Assembly (NCBI GenBank): GCA_010909165.1
Contig: MU008167.1
Location: 1,669,262 to 1,733,261 of the forward strand
DNA from: Anthoceros angustus
Taxonomy: Eukaryota; Plantae; Anthocerotophyta
Length of the DNA stretch: 64,000 nt
Reading direction: 5' to 3'
The notes beneath the pieces are model-generated. The model was given only the letters and a program-made list of their open reading frames with translations, ran no database searches and was not told where the DNA came from. This document shows, piece after piece, positions 23,204-37,430 of this stretch (positions are counted from its first letter, which is position 1; each line of letters starts with the position of its first letter). Made by a program: the position numbers and the translations under genes.

Positions 23204-24689
23204 TTCAACTTTGAAATCGTATCCCGTATCACTTCTCGCCTAACCTTTGAAAGATATTCATAATACAAATCCGCATCACCCAACTATTTGGATCCTTCAA
23301 TGATTTTGTTTCCTTCATAATGTATTTGTGACCCACGACACTGACCCCCAATGCTGCAAATATCCATCATTGTTGTCCATTAACTAGTTTAGATACTTGT
23401 GGAAATAAATAAAAGTAAAATCTTGCTTAGTAGGCCTCGTTACATTGTAGCACACAAATTAGCCGTACTTTGATCATTTACCAGCACACTTGAAGATAAC
23501 CTTGAGTTATTCATGGAGTGAGCGTGCAAAGCAAAAGTTTGGGTCCCTTGTCATTTTGATCCAGTTTGGTTCATTTTGGTTCAATCTTGATTTGAAGTTA
23601 TCAATGAGTAGTAACGAGTGTTTCTTCTTGAGCCATCAGGAAAGTTACGGACAAGGGTAGGAATTTGGAAGTTTTTCAATTCTATATAGATTAGCGGGTA
23701 GGGTAGAATCTTGTCCCATAGTCTATATGTGCAAAGGGGAATTAGTGATTAATTTAGAACCCATAGTTTGCAAAGCGCATAGTTGGAAGGAGCTAGGAGC
23801 TGCAAGGAGTGTGTGCTGGGAAGTAGTATGGGCTAATTGAAATGCAAGTTGGAAGAGGGCGCGGCATTGTCATGGGTGTGCAGAAGCAAGAGCTCAAATT
23901 TTGGAGCTAAGATGTGGAGAAGCCAAGACAGAGTGCTGTCACGGAAGCTGGGATTTTGGGAAAAATTTATGCCTTGTGAGCTAAGCGCTGTGACGCCATG
24001 AACTAGAGCTTGTGATTTGAACTTAGGAGGTGCTGACCTTGCAATGTGAGAAGTGGAGTGCTGGTTGTGGGCTACGATCCGCTGTGGGCCTCTTCTTGCT
24101 TTGGGACATCAGCTGCCGCCGGGCTCTTGGGGTTGATGCTGCCTGGCTGGGTCACCTTCCTCCTCCACGTGCATCCTGGATGCCTGCAACCATACCACAG
24201 CATAACACCATCCGACACCCCATGGACAGAGCCTGTGGCATTTGTGATGGCTGCGAGGATAGCACACAGTCCACATCACGTAGGCTTGGATTGCCGTCAC
24301 CATCCAGCACTCCTAAAGGAAAACGAACAACCACATCCTCGGCCTCTGCCATGCCGCACACAGATCGTAAGTGGCACACGGGAGGCTGGACATCCCCGAG
24401 TCATGAGCATGGACTTCCAAAGGAAATCAGCAACCAGGAACTTCGCATCCGGGGCTAAGACTTGCAATGCTGCGAAATTGAGCCTACCTGCACATGCAAT
24501 TGTCGTGACTCTCCTCATGTTCCAAAAATCCTCCATGACGTCCATTGAATGCTTCGCAGCCCAACGAGCCTCTTCCTTCGAAGGCATCCTCCCCCATCCC
24601 GCTCCAAATTCATGAGGATGGCCTTGTCACCGCGGCGCCTGAAGGGATTAGTTCCTGCTGTGCCGCCTTGCTTCCACTGCCTTTTTCTC

Positions 24690-27600
24690 CCCATTCCACC
24701 ATATTCCCCCAAGCAAGTTCCTACACTCCACCGACCATACCCCATTCCCCCAAGCAAGGTCCTCCACTCCACCACACCCCATTTCCCCGAGCAAGTTCCT
24801 ACACTCCATCGACCACACCCCATTCCCCCAAGCAAGTTCCTACACTCCACCACACCCCATTCCCCCGAGCAAGTTCCTACACTCCACCGACCACACCCCA
24901 TTCCCCAAGCAAGTTCCTACACTCCACCACACCCCATTCCCGAGCAAGTTCCTACACTCCATCGACCACCCCATTCCCCAAGCAAGTTCCTACACTCTAC
25001 CACCCCATTCCCGAGCAAGTTCCTACACTCCACCGAGCCACCCCATTCCCCAGCCAAGTTTCTACACTCCACCACACCCCATTCCCCAAGCAAGTTCCTA
25101 CACTCTAGCACCGACCACACCCCATTCCCCCAAGCAAGTTCCTACACTCCACCACACCCCATTCCCCCAAGCAAAATTCCTACACTCCACACACCCCATT
25201 CCCCAAGCAAGTTCCTACACTCCACCGACCACACCCAATTCCCCCAAGCAAAATTCTACACTCCCCCCAAGCAATTCCCCCAAGCAAGTTCCTACACTCT
25301 AGCACCGACCACCCCATTCCCCAAGCAAGTTCCTACACTCGACCACCCCATTCCCCATTCCCCAAGCAAGTTCCTACACTCCACCACCCAATTCCCCAAG
25401 CAAGTTCCTACACTCCATCGACCACACCCCATTCCCCAAGCAAAATTCTACACTCCCCAAGCAATTCCCCAAGCAGTTCCTACACTCTAGCACCCACCCC
25501 ATTCCCCAAGCAAGTTCCTACACTCTAGCACCGACCACCCCATTCCCCATTCCCCAAGCAAGTTCCTACACTCCACCATTCCCCATTCCCCAAGCAAGTT
25601 CCTACACTCTAGCATCGACACCCCATTCCCCAAGCAAGTTCCTACACTCCACACCCCATTCCCCATTCCCCATTCCCCAAGCAAGTTCCTACACTCCACC
25701 ACCCCATTCCCCATTCCCCATTCCCCAAGCAAGTTCCTACTCCACCACACCCCATTGCCCCGAGCAAGTTCCTACCTCCACCAAGTTCCTACACTCCACC
25801 ACACCCCATTCCCCATTCCCCAAGCAAGTTCCTACACTCCACCACCCCATTCCCCAAGCAAGTTTCTACACTCCCCAAGCAATTCCCCAAGCTAGTTCCT
25901 ACACTCTAGCACCGACCACACCCCATTCCCCAAGCAAGTTCCTACACTCCACCACACCCCATTCCCCATTCCCCAAGCAAGTTCCTACACTCCACCACCC
26001 CATTCCCCATTCCCCATTCCCCCAAGCAAGTTCCTACTCCACCACACCCCATTGCCCCGAGCAAGTTCCTACCTCCACCAAGTTCTACACTCCACCACAC
26101 CCATTCCCCATTCCCCAAGCAAGTTCCTACACTCCACCACCCCATTCCCCAAGCAAGTTTCTACACTCCCCAAGCAATTCCCCAAGCTAGTTCTACACTC
26201 TAGCACCGACCACACCCCATTCCCCAAGCAAGTTCCTACACTCCACCACACCCCATTCCCCATTCCCCCAAGCAAGTTCCTACACTCCACACACCCCATT
26301 CCCCAAGCAAGTTTCTACACTCCCCAAGCAATTCCCCAAGCTAGTTCCTACACTCTAGCCACCCCATTCCCCCAAGCAAGTTCCTACACTCCACCACCCC
26401 ATTCCCCATTCCCCAAGCAAGTTCCTACACTCCACCACACCCCATTCCCCCATTCCCCAAGCAAGTTCCTACACTCCACCACCCCATTCCCCATTCCCCA
26501 AGCAAGTTCCTACACTCCACCACCCCATTCCCCATTCCCCAAGCAAGTTCCTACACTCCACCACACCCCATTCCCCAAGCAAGTTTCTACTCCCCAAGCA
26601 ATTCCCCAAGCTAGTTCCTACACTCTAGCACACACCCCATTCCCCAAGCAAGTTCCTACACTCCACCACCCCATTCCCCATTCCCCAAGCAAGTTCCTAC
26701 ACTCCACCACACCCCATTCCCCATTCCCCAAGTTCCTACACTCCACCACACCCCATTCCCCATTCCCCAAGCAAGTTCCTACACTCCCATTCCCCCATTC
26801 CCCAAGCAAGTTCCTACACTCCACCACACCCCATTCCCCAGAGCAAGTTCCTACACTCCACCAAGTTCCTACACTCCACCACACCCCATTCCCCCATTCC
26901 CCCAAGCAAGTTCCTACACTCCACCACCCCATTCCCCGAGCAAGTTCCTACACTCCACCAAGTTCCTACACTCCACCACACCCCATTCCCCCGTTCCTAC
27001 ACTCCACCACACCCCATTCTCCCATTCCCCAAGCAAGTTCCTACTCCACCACCCCATTCCCCATTCCCCAAGTTCCTACACTCCACCACCCCATTCCCCA
27101 TTCCCCAAGCAAAATTCTACACTCCACCACCCCATTCCCCGAGCAAGTTCCTACACTCCACCAAGTTCCTACACTCCACCACACCCCATTCCCCATTCCC
27201 CAAGCAAGTTCCTACACTCCACCTACCCCATTCCCCGAGCAAGTTCCTCCACCAAGTTCCTCCACCACCCCATTCCCCCCGTTCCTACACTCCACCAAGT
27301 TCCTACACTCCACCACACCCCATTCTCCCATTCCCCCAAGCAAGTTCCTACACTCCACCACACCCCATTCCCCCGAGCAAGTTCCTACACTTTACCAAGT
27401 TCCTACACTCCACCACACCCCATTCCCCCGAGCAAGTTCCCACACTCCACCAAGTTCCTACACTCCACCACACCCCATTCCCCCATTCCCCAAGCAAGTT
27501 CCTACACTCCACCACACCCCATTCCCCCGAGCAAGTTCCTACACTCCACCAAGTTCCTGCACTCCACCACACCCCATTCCCCCATTCCCCCAAGCAAGTT

Positions 27601-27897
27601 CCTACACTCCCATTCCCCCGAGCAAGAAGCAAGTTCCTACACTCTAGCTCTACCAAGTTCCTGCACTCCACCACACCCCATTCCCCCATTCCCCCAAGCA
27701 AGTTCCTACACTCCCATTCCCCCGAGCAAGAAGCAAATTCCTACACTCTAGCTCTGACCAGGTTTCTACACTCTACACTCCACCGACCACACCCCATTCC
27801 CCCAAGCAAGTTCCTACACTTTAGATCCGACCACATCCCATTCCCCCAAGCAAGTTCCTACATTCCCCCAAGCAAGTTCTTACACTTTAGCTCCGAC
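24690..27897. repeat. ~3.2-kb C-rich/G-rich minisatellite, ~40-bp core unit
   Basis: Dozens of variants of CCCCAAGCAAGTTCCTACACTCCACCGACCACACCCCATT, with internal (CCCCATT)n stutters and duplicated higher-order blocks. Confidence 0.98.
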
Positions 27898-27961
27898 CGC
27901 CTTCCTCCACTCCGAGTAGACTATGTTCCCAGGGCGCAGGTGCATCTCGTAATCGCCCTTG

Positions 27962-30900
27962 TGTTAGGAAAAGAGCTGAGCCTTTATAGAGAGGGAACAC
28001 AACACTCCCATACAATATGGGTTATATGCACTAGGCACACTAAATACTAGCACACAAGAACACTTGCACACCACACCAGGTGGGCTTGGCCTTATAGTCC
28101 TAGCCTTGAATCGGTCCTTGACCTTGACCTTGAACTTGACCTTGTTACTTGACCTTGAGTCCTATTGGTCACTTGACCTTGAATCCTACTGGTCACTTGA
28201 CTTGCCCTTTACTTTTGGACTTTCTAGAAGATACTTTCTAGAAGATGCATGACTTTCAAGTTTGTTATTTTAGGGCACTCTTCATAACCTGCTTTTAGGG
28301 CACTCTTCATAACATATTTTGATATGTTGTAATAAATCACTTCTAACACTCCCACTCAACATATCAAAATTATTCCCTTAGGCCTAGCATCTTGCTAAAC
28401 CTAGCATGTTTTCTAAAGTCAAGGCTTTGGTCAAAATATCTGCGGCATGTCTCTGTTGGACAATACTCTAGCTTTACCTCTTTTGACTTTACCTTCTCTC
28501 TTATAAAGTGATGTTTCACTTGATGTGCTTGGTTCTAGCATGAAAAGTTGCATTCTTGGCTAAGAAGATGCAACCTTGATTGTCGTTGAAGATTGTTGTT
28601 GCTTCCTTGCTTGAATCCCATCTCCTCTAGCAAGTTACGCAACCATATCGCCTCCATGACAGAGCATGTTGCCATATATTCTTACAGAGGATAGAGCCAC
28701 GATGGGTTGTCTCCTACTATTCCAAGAAATGGCTCCCCATTCGGCATAAGCATATCCGATCGTAGACTTGCGACTATCAACATCTCACCGATCGAATCAC
28801 AATATCCTACCACTCGGACTTCCTGCGATGCTCTGTTGATACACCAAATTCCAATGCTTTGTACCACTCAAGTACCTCATTATCCTCTTCACGGCTTGAA
28901 AGCTGCTTGTCGAGGTTAGCCATAAATTGACTTGCAACTCCTCTGCAATGTCGGCCTTGTCCTGTAGATAAATAGGTGAGGCATCCAACGGCACCTGCGA
29001 TAGAGAGTTTTATCTACCTTCTCCTTCTCTTCTTGTTGTAGGACTCATCTCCTTTGAGAGCTTCTCATTAAGCACCATTGGTGTCTTCAGCTTGCACTCT
29101 TGCATTCCAAAGCGCTTGGGACATTCTCAACATATGTCCTTTGGCTCAAAGAGATCTTCTTGTTAGCCATCTCTCATTACTTCTATCCTAGAAAGTAATG
29201 AAGTTCACCTAGATCCCTCATATCAAAACTATCATTAAGACTCTTCTTACTCTAAGAGCTCCAAATCATTGCAAACAAGGATTAGATCATCCACATAGAC
29301 AGAATGATCATCATGGACTCTCCCACTCTCTTCACATAGATGTTCCAATCTCCATTGGTTTTCTTGAAACCTCTAGCTTGGAAGAACTTGTCAATCTTAA
29401 CATACCGTAAGTGCAGTTGCTTAAGACCATAGAGTGCCTTTAGCAATTTACATACCTCACTTTCATCAGCACTTCATACCCTTGGTTGGTTCATGTAGAT
29501 CTCTTCTTCCAAATCTCCATTGAGAAAGCAGTTTGGACATCCATGTGATGTATCTCCGGATCCATGGTAGCTATTGCTAAGAGTATACGAATGGATGTTA
29601 TCTTAGCAACAGGGAGAAAGTGTCGGTGTAGTCAATACAGCACTTGTGTATATCCCTTCCCACCAGCCTTGCTTTGTATCGCTCTATGCTCCCATCAGCG
29701 TTGTGCTTGATCTTGAACACCCATTTGGATCCTATGCACTTCCTTCCTTGGGGTAGAGGAGTGATTTCCCAAGTCTTGTTCTTGATAAGTGAGTTATACT
29801 CACTATCAGCTTCTTTCCACTCCTTCGCCTTTGGCCCTTCCAAGGCTTCCTTCAAGCTTTGCGGCTCATCGATCCGCCAACATAGCCTCTTCTGCATGCA
29901 TTCATGGACTCCAAAATTTTCTGCGAAGGTTTCCATCGCCTTGATGATCTCGATCGGGTCGGCTCCTCTTGGATTCTTTGATCTCGCTCCTCTTCATCAT
30001 CCTCGATATCCGGGCTTCTCCACCTTCTATATCACCTTGTGGTAGAGGTTGCTCATGCTCGAGAACAGTTGAGCATGCTCAAGAGTAGGTTGCTCAAGAA
30101 CCAAGTCTTGTGCTTCTTCACGCTCCTTCAACTCCTTGATGACAACTTGCGTTGCTCCCACTCCTTTGTTAGGTTCCACAACCTCATGAAAAACAACATC
30201 CTCGAAAATGATTTTCTTGGTTGTAGGGTTGTATAATCTATACCCTTTACCTCATGAATACCCAAGCATGATGCATGGATGCCTTTAGGATCCCACTTGG
30301 TTCGGTTTTGCTTTGGAACATGAGCATAAACCTCGAACCAAAGATCCTAAAATGACTCACGTTAGGTTTGACACGGACCATGCCTCCTCGGGGTCATTCC
30401 AGTCTGATGGTTGGAACTCTATTCAAAACATGAGTTCTTTGTAATGACCTCTCCCAAAACGTACCTCCAACCCACTTTGATGGAGCATGCACTTGGCCGC
30501 CTCCACTAGGCTCCTTAGCTTGCGCTCCGCCACTCCATTTTGCTCCGGTGTGTGAGGAATTGTTAGTTGCCTCCGAATGCCATGCTCCTTGCAAAAGCTT
30601 TTGAATTGAGAAGAGATGTATTCTCCTCCATTGTCACTCCTAAATATCTTGAGGCATTCTCCACTTTCGTTCTCCACCAAGGCTTTCCACTCCTTGAATG
30701 TCTTGAACATTTCGGACTTCTCCTTCAAAAGGTATGTCCAACTCCTCCTTGTGAAGTCATCCACAAACACTAGAATGTAGCGGGCTCCTCCATGGTGTGG
30801 GCTTCATTGGTCCACAATCTCACTTGATTTTCTTAGGCAGCACACAATGTGCAAGCTTGTTGATCACCTAAGCACACAACTTGTAGAGATTGCCTTCCGA

Positions 30901-32763
30901 ACACCTCGAGCTATCACCTTGACATTAGGTGATTCGGTTGCTCGGGTTGGATCGACATCCTCTCGAGTTGAACACAATCTCATTCACCAAGCTCTTGAAA
31001 GAAGATTCTTCGCAAGACCGGCACATGGTGCACATCCTTGATTGTACCTTTGGATGGTCCTCCAGGAGTTGAACTTTAATCACACCTCTTCCTTTGATCT
31101 CGTGTGACCTATTGTCTCCAAGCGCCACTTTATGCCCTTCATTTCTTCATAGCTTGAGAACCAAGGCCGATTGTAGGTGAAGTGTTGAGATGCTCCAGTC
31201 GGTACAAACTCTCATCCTTCTTTGATGGGAGTCGTACTCTTTCTACGGTTGAGATGAAAGATGTTTTTCCTTCTCACTCACTTGATTGGCTTGTAACTCC
31301 TTTCCCTTCTTCTTCAAGTCACCAACCTTGTCCTACAATCCTTGGCATAGTGATTAGGCTTTTGCAATAATGGCAAGTACCCCACACCTTTTCTTCGCAC
31401 CTTTTCTCCTTCTTGAGTTGGCTTGTGAAGTCTTCCCACGTGTTGTTCCTTTCTTTGAGAAGAGCACCGAGTCTCCATTCTCTTTTTTCTTGAAGGAATT
31501 CTCCAGCTCCTCTTGTAGGAGCAACCCAACCACCTCATCCAACGTTGGTGGTTGGTCGCTTGACGCGCCGCTTCTCTAAAGGCCAACACAAATTGCTTGT
31601 ATGCGGATGGTAAGCTACTCAACACCACGATAACCTTTCTTGAAGGTTTGGCGTCCGCCTTCATTTGATCCACCAAGTTCTTCAACTTGTTGACGTGTTG
31701 TTGAATGGTGTCACCTCGACCATCTTGAAGTTGGCGAATTGTTGCTCCAACAACATCTCATTCACCAAGCTCTTCTTCTCATACGTGTTGCAGGGTCGTC
31801 CGCCGCGATGTTGCACACTCACTTAATTGAGAGAGTATGTCATCAGACACATTGAGGAGAATTGTCACCAACGCTCGTCCATCTTTCTTAGTGTTCACTT
31901 CGGTGGGTGTTTCTCCAAGGCCATTGTCAACAAACTTCCATAGTCCTCAGTCGATGAGAAGCATCTTCAGCTTCAACTTCCACAATGTGAAGTTCGTGCC
32001 TCCAAACTTCTCCACTAGACATGTCTCCATGCTTGTTGACGGCATGCCTAGTTTCCCTACAATTGATCTTGAAGACCAAAGCACCTCACTCACATGCACT
32101 ACAAGGATTATTGCACAAAAGTTCTCACAAGCCCAAGACTAAGAACTATGCAATAGGACTTGACTCAAGCATCTAGATTGCACACAAGATTTGCGATAGG
32201 GCATGATTTGCGATAGGGCATGATTTGCGATAGGGCATGATTTGCGATAGGGCATGATTTGCGATAGGGCATGATTTGCGATAGGGCATGATTTGATCAT
32301 TTAGGTGGTGTTGCACTGAGAGCTTTACAAGACTCTTCAACATGGCTATAATACCATGTTAGGAAAAGAGCTGAGCCTTTATAGAGAGGGAACACAACAC
32401 TCCCATACAATATGGGTTATATGCACTAGGCACACTAGATACTAGCACACAAGCACACAAGAACACTTGCACATACCACACCCTTTATGTATGTGGGCTT
32501 GGCCTTAGATAGTCCTAGCCTTGAATTCTACTGGTCACTTGACCTTGAATCCTATTGCTTACTTGACCTTGAGTCCTATTGGTCACTTGCCCTTGAATTC
32601 TTCTGGTCACTTGACTTGCCTTTTACTTTTGGGCTTTCTAAAGGATACTTTCTAGAAGATGCATGACGTTCAAGTTTGTTATTTTTAGGGCACTCTTCGT
32701 AACCTACTTTAAGGGCACTCTTCGTAACATTGTTTGATATGTTGTAATAAATCACTTCTAACA
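27962..32763 (-). mobile_element. Full-length Ty1/copia LTR retrotransposon (second family)
   Basis: LTRs 27962-28348 and 32357-32763 (TG...CA) with several indels between them; TSD CCTTG at 27957-27961 and 32764-32768; degenerate PBS TGGTATTATAGC; PPT next to 28348. Fragmented gag (KFGGTNF), integrase (FVDDFTRRSW, RSDNGGEY, EQNGVAER), RT (KWVFKIK, RYKARLV) and RNase H. Confidence 0.96.
32188..32295. repeat. 17-bp tandem repeat x6 in the copia 5' leader
   Basis: GATTTGCGATAGGGCAT repeated six times plus a partial copy. Confidence 0.95.
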
Positions 32764-35700
32764 CCTTGTCCCTTAATTGTTGCGCTGCCTCCTTCACCCG
32801 TGTCCACACAAAATAGTTCCGTGAGTGTGTATAGGAGGAAAATTTCTCCCATCTGAAATCCAGGTTTTTGATGTTTGGGAACTCCGCGGCCACCAAGTCT
32901 ATTAGACGGGTGCACAGCTGCACGTCTTGCTCCTTCCAGCTCTGTCCCATCTTCATTCGTGTGATCGCTAGCTCATGCACGCGTCTCCCGAATGCATTCT
33001 TGTCATCTTCTTCTTCCCGACCAAACAACCCCTCTCGGACAGCTTCACGTTGCGCATGATTGACCTCCACCTTCAACACTTCGGCTTCCACATCGCCCTT
33101 CTTGTGGATGAGTGCAAGGGCTTTCAATGCATCTGCCAACGGTACCCCATGCAGCCGCTTCACAATCTCAGCTTCCCGTAACGTGAGCATGGCGTCGGTA
33201 GGATCCTCCCCAGCAGTGGCCATGCGGCAGTTTCACAATGCAAGGAATCGACTTTCCTCCCCCGCATCCTCCTCCGCCTGGTCATCTCCCCAGGGAGGCA
33301 CGTTGTCCACCTTGTCTTCCTCCAAGGGAGGCTGAGCCTGCATCTCCTCATCGCTCCCATGGCCGCATCCGTCATCATCGAGCGGGACCTCCTCCAGTGT
33401 CCCCTCTCCAGTTTCCCTCCAAATAGCCATGTTCCGGGTGCTCGGTTTCTGAAAGATCTCCAGGCACTGCGAACACAACACTGCGCGGATGAAGGCAAAC
33501 AAAGCAGAAGAGCCACCGGTGCTGTAGGGACCGGAATGCTTACCTCATTCCCGCCATGGCTTGGGTACGAGACGGTGGCACGTCCTCCATGCCTTGTTTT
33601 GAACACAACGCCATGCCTTCCCCAGTCTCGGCCAACATTGGTGTGCGCTAGTTACCACATCTGGTTTGCTTAAACAAAATTATAGCATCTCGAGGGCTCC
33701 ATTCAAGGCTTACAGACGAGGTGGGACCAGCAGACTACTCAGAAAAGGGGAGAAGGAAGGGATGTCAGTGGAAGGAAGAGCAGAATGATAACAAAAAGCC
33801 TACCGGACTGAGGACAGGTGGCAAAAAGGTGGTGAGAGGAATCGAAAATGGTACACTGATCATGAGCAAATGAAAAAGTGTATCCGGACTCAAGGGCTTG
33901 ACCAACAAAACATTCATGAGCAAATGAGGAAGTAAAGCACGTTAGGGAAAAATGTTAACACCCCGTGAGGCATAACGATAGCCACTATATATCTGAACCC
34001 TGGATGGCACAATGGTAATGGTCGCTAACAGAAACGTGGCTGATAACTGTACTCGGTTGAAAAGGAGATGTACAAATCTCGGAGACTTTGTATATGGTGA
34101 ATTGCACCTGTATCCACAAACTAACTGCGAAAATCCAACGATGGTTAAAATTTGTAAGAAACAAACGAGCGCCGTGAATGACACTGCTAGTCGAAGGTTG
34201 CTCCCGCAGGTCCGCTTGTCTCTTGAAGCAATAATGTTAGTGATGCCCAAGTAATAGAAGCAATTCCGTATCTTGCGCTTGTCGTTAGGGTAAGTGGCCA
34301 GAGGTTGCCCCTGCCGGATCCTCCAGAGTACCGGCCCCTGCCGGATCCTCCAGAGTACCGCCCTCGATAAGGGCGGGTCCTACCCGGGTGAAGAGAGCGA
34401 TATCTGCGGGAATCTTCTTCACTCCCGGTGTCGCTGTTTGATATCCAAGTGCTGCGGATCAGTGTCAAGTGAGTCAGGGTCATTCCCGTCGTCGTCTGGT
34501 TCCAGTGGAGGTGAGGCAGGAGCACGGCCGGGTGGAAGATGCCTTCGGATTTGGACATCGCGGCGGTTGAGATCCTGCACATTTCATAGCTGCATCTCAG
34601 GCAAATTCTATCAAATCGGTGCTATCCAAATTGGAGGAATTAAGAGGCACAGATGCAGAATGCGAGGAGAAGGATGTTTAGGGTTATCAAGTCCCAACCC
34701 GCGCACTGAGAAATGCATCCCACGACTAGACATGGCGGAGGGAAATATCTCCTCGGCATCCCATGGCGGAGGGAAATATCTCCTCGGCAGCCACTGCGAA
34801 AAGGAGCACACTCCGGGCAAGGGCAGTAAATTGTAGGGATCTGCCTATCGCGGACAACGGCAGACATCGTTGAGATGCAATTCTGTTTGCCGCGGCTGGG
34901 CGCGGTGGGAATGGGGGGAGATACGCGCCGGCCAAGGGAAGCATCGTCGTGCCGTTGTGCCTCTGGCAGAGGCACGGTGGGCATGACTATCCGAACAGGC
35001 CAGGGAGTCTAACGGTAACCCTCATGCACCACCCTGTCACCCTTTCCGCGGCCCGATCCGGGCCTCGCGAAAAATCATGCGATCCGGTGTTGTTCTTGAC
35101 CGGGCGAATACTTTGTTCCAGCGAACGGGCTTATGCCGTCCACGGTTTTCAGACAGCTGCACGGGCACACCCAGTCATTTTGTTGGGCATGTGTATGACG
35201 CACCGCGGCGTATTTTCCAGCTTTTTTTTTAAATTTTATTTTTAAATTTTGTATTTTGAAAATAAATCAAAACAACCCGGGGGAGAAATCTTCAGCAAGG
35301 GTTCTGATTCCCCTATGTTACACATCGTATCGGACGCATGTTACAGCATGCGTATTTCCCAGCTGTGCGGTTAATTGACCAGCGTTTTCGACCTTCGGTG
35401 GGCACGTCAATCTCGGCCTGCACCGTCATACGGGAATTACTGGAGAAAGACGTGGAGCGGGACGTCAATTCCGTTGTGTCTTAATGCCTGCTGCTGCTGC
35501 TGCTGCCTGTTGCCTCCTGCAACAATGCATTGTTGCAGGCACTGTGTAACTACAACAGAATCTCCCCTCTCCTTGAGATTCAGGAACATGGAGGCTCGAG
35601 ATGCTCCATGATCCTGGATGGCTGAAGATAAGACCCTTATATGCATGCAGCATATAGCCAGGATGGATCCTTGAACTTCATACATGCCACACTACCCCTG

Positions 35701-35911
35701 CTTGGCAGTGACCTGATTCAAGCCACCACAGTGCTGGAGAAAGAATCGTAGCCAGACCCCTTATAGCTCAGACCTGTTTCTGGCAACCCTGTTCGAACAC
35801 ATGTTGTCCTGCCTTGCTTGCCTGGCAGGCAAGCACGCAAGGCAGGAGATAGCATTAGCTGGCAAACGACACCCTCACCCGGCCTGCACTACCGGTGCAA
35901 TCACAAAACAT

Positions 35912-37160
35912 GGAGACAACAACTCCAGGCAAGCAACAATGGGAACGACATATCTGCTACATTTGCCCTATGCCTAGGGGCATGAGGTTTGGGTGGACGC
36001 AAATGAGCATGCATGGATTCCAGCAACAAGTGATGCAGCATCCACATCAATAGTCACAACGCCGCAGCCCCTCAAGTGCAGCCTCCATCTAAGTCTGTGT
36101 ATTCTCACAGGATATGCATCCAGAGGTCCATCAATTCCAGCTGGCCGGCTCACTCATCTTCAAGGAAGAGAATATTATCCCGCTGTTCATTGTCAAGCTC
36201 ATGACCAGCAGCCGATTCAGCAGGGGACCTGTGACAGCATCAAGAGTGTTTGTTGCAGATGCTGTATAACTGAGAGTGCAGACATGCAGACATGACTCTG
36301 CTATGCTCGTCCTCTTCGCCAGCCGTCCTACAAATTCCAACCGAATTTTCATCCAGACTGCACAGGTCCGACGTGGATGCTGGATCACTTTGATGCTGGA
36401 GTCCATGCATGCTCGTTTGCTTCTACCCAAACCTTATGCCCTGGGCATACGGCAAATGTAGTTGATATCTCGCTCCCATTGTTGCTTTCCTGGAGTTGCT
36501 GTCTCCAGTTTTGTCATTGTAACGGGAGTGAAGGCCGGGTGAGGGTGTAGTTTGCCAGCTGATGTAGAGGCCGAATGCATGCGACGGCCATGGTCACAGT
36601 GCCCCCAGCATGTATAGCATTCAAACGAGTATCAACAGATTATCTGCATAAAGCACAAACCGAAACCTCATTATCACCTGAGACAGATGGGACTTCCTGG
36701 GCTCTGTTGCTCCTGAGTAAAGCCTGCCAAACCCCTGATGGAACAGGAGTTCGAGCTGATTCTATATATTGTCTGCGATTCAGAAGGCAACCTGTGACAG
36801 CATCAACAGTGTTTGTTGCAGATGCTGTATAACTGAGAGTGCAGACATGCAGACATGACTCTGCTATGCTCGTCCTCTCCGCCAGCCGTCCTACAAATTC
36901 CAACCGAATTTTCATCCAGACTGCACAGGTCCGACGTGGATGCTGGATCACTTTGATGCTGGAGTCCATGCATGCTCGTTTGCTTCTACCCAAACCTTAT
37001 GCCCTGGGGCATAGGGCAAATGTAGCAGATATCTCGTTCCCATTGTTACTTTCATGGAGTTGCTGTCTCCGGTTTTGTCATTGTAACGGGAGTGAAAGCC
37101 GGGTGAGGGTGTAGTATAATGTAGAGGCCGAATGCATGAGACGGCCCATGGTCACAGTGC
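35912..37160. repeat. Inverted repeat (arms 35912-36045 and 36373-36506) plus a direct duplication (~36225-36600 vs ~36790-37160)
   Basis: The reverse complement of 36373-36506 aligns with 35912-36045. The same module also occurs at 11820-11890 and 42970-43110. Confidence 0.85.
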
Positions 37161-37430
37161 TCCCAGCATGTATAGCATTCAAACGAGCATCAACAGATTA
37201 TCTGCAAAAAGCACAAACCGAAACCTCATCATCACCTAAGGCGGATGGGACTTCCTGGGCTCTGTTGCTCCTGAGTAAAGCCTGCCAAGCCCCTGATGGA
37301 ACAGGAGTTCAAGCTGATGCTATATATTGTCTGGACAAAAAGGCATGGAGGCTTCAGTGGCATGAGACGCTGTTTACACTTAAAGGTTGTGGCTCCTGAC
37401 GTGATTTTTGTGGGTAAGTATCTCAAGTAG

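Larger units (their letters stand above)
24300..33500 (-). pseudogene. Split multi-exon gene (possibly CACTA TnpA-like), interrupted by a copia element and a minisatellite-filled intron
   Basis: ORFs 33233-33502 and 32576-33223 are in the same frame, separated by one TGA. Removing the copia and one TSD joins ...QQLRDK to GDYEMHLRPGNIVYSEWRKA in frame. Acceptor ACTAATCCCTTCAG ends at 24639 and leads to APR*QGHPHEFGAGWGRMPSKEEARW. The TnpA resemblance is only a motif impression. Confidence 0.6.

Noticed and set aside
24549-27701. Long ORFs (313 aa, 531 aa) and a possible CRISPR-like or telomeric array
   Set aside because: The ORFs are translations of the minisatellite. There are no unique spacers or cas genes, and CCCCATT is not the plant TTTAGGG repeat.
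32096-32110. CACTACAAG as a CACTA terminus
   Set aside because: It lies inside the copia 5' region with no subterminal repeats.
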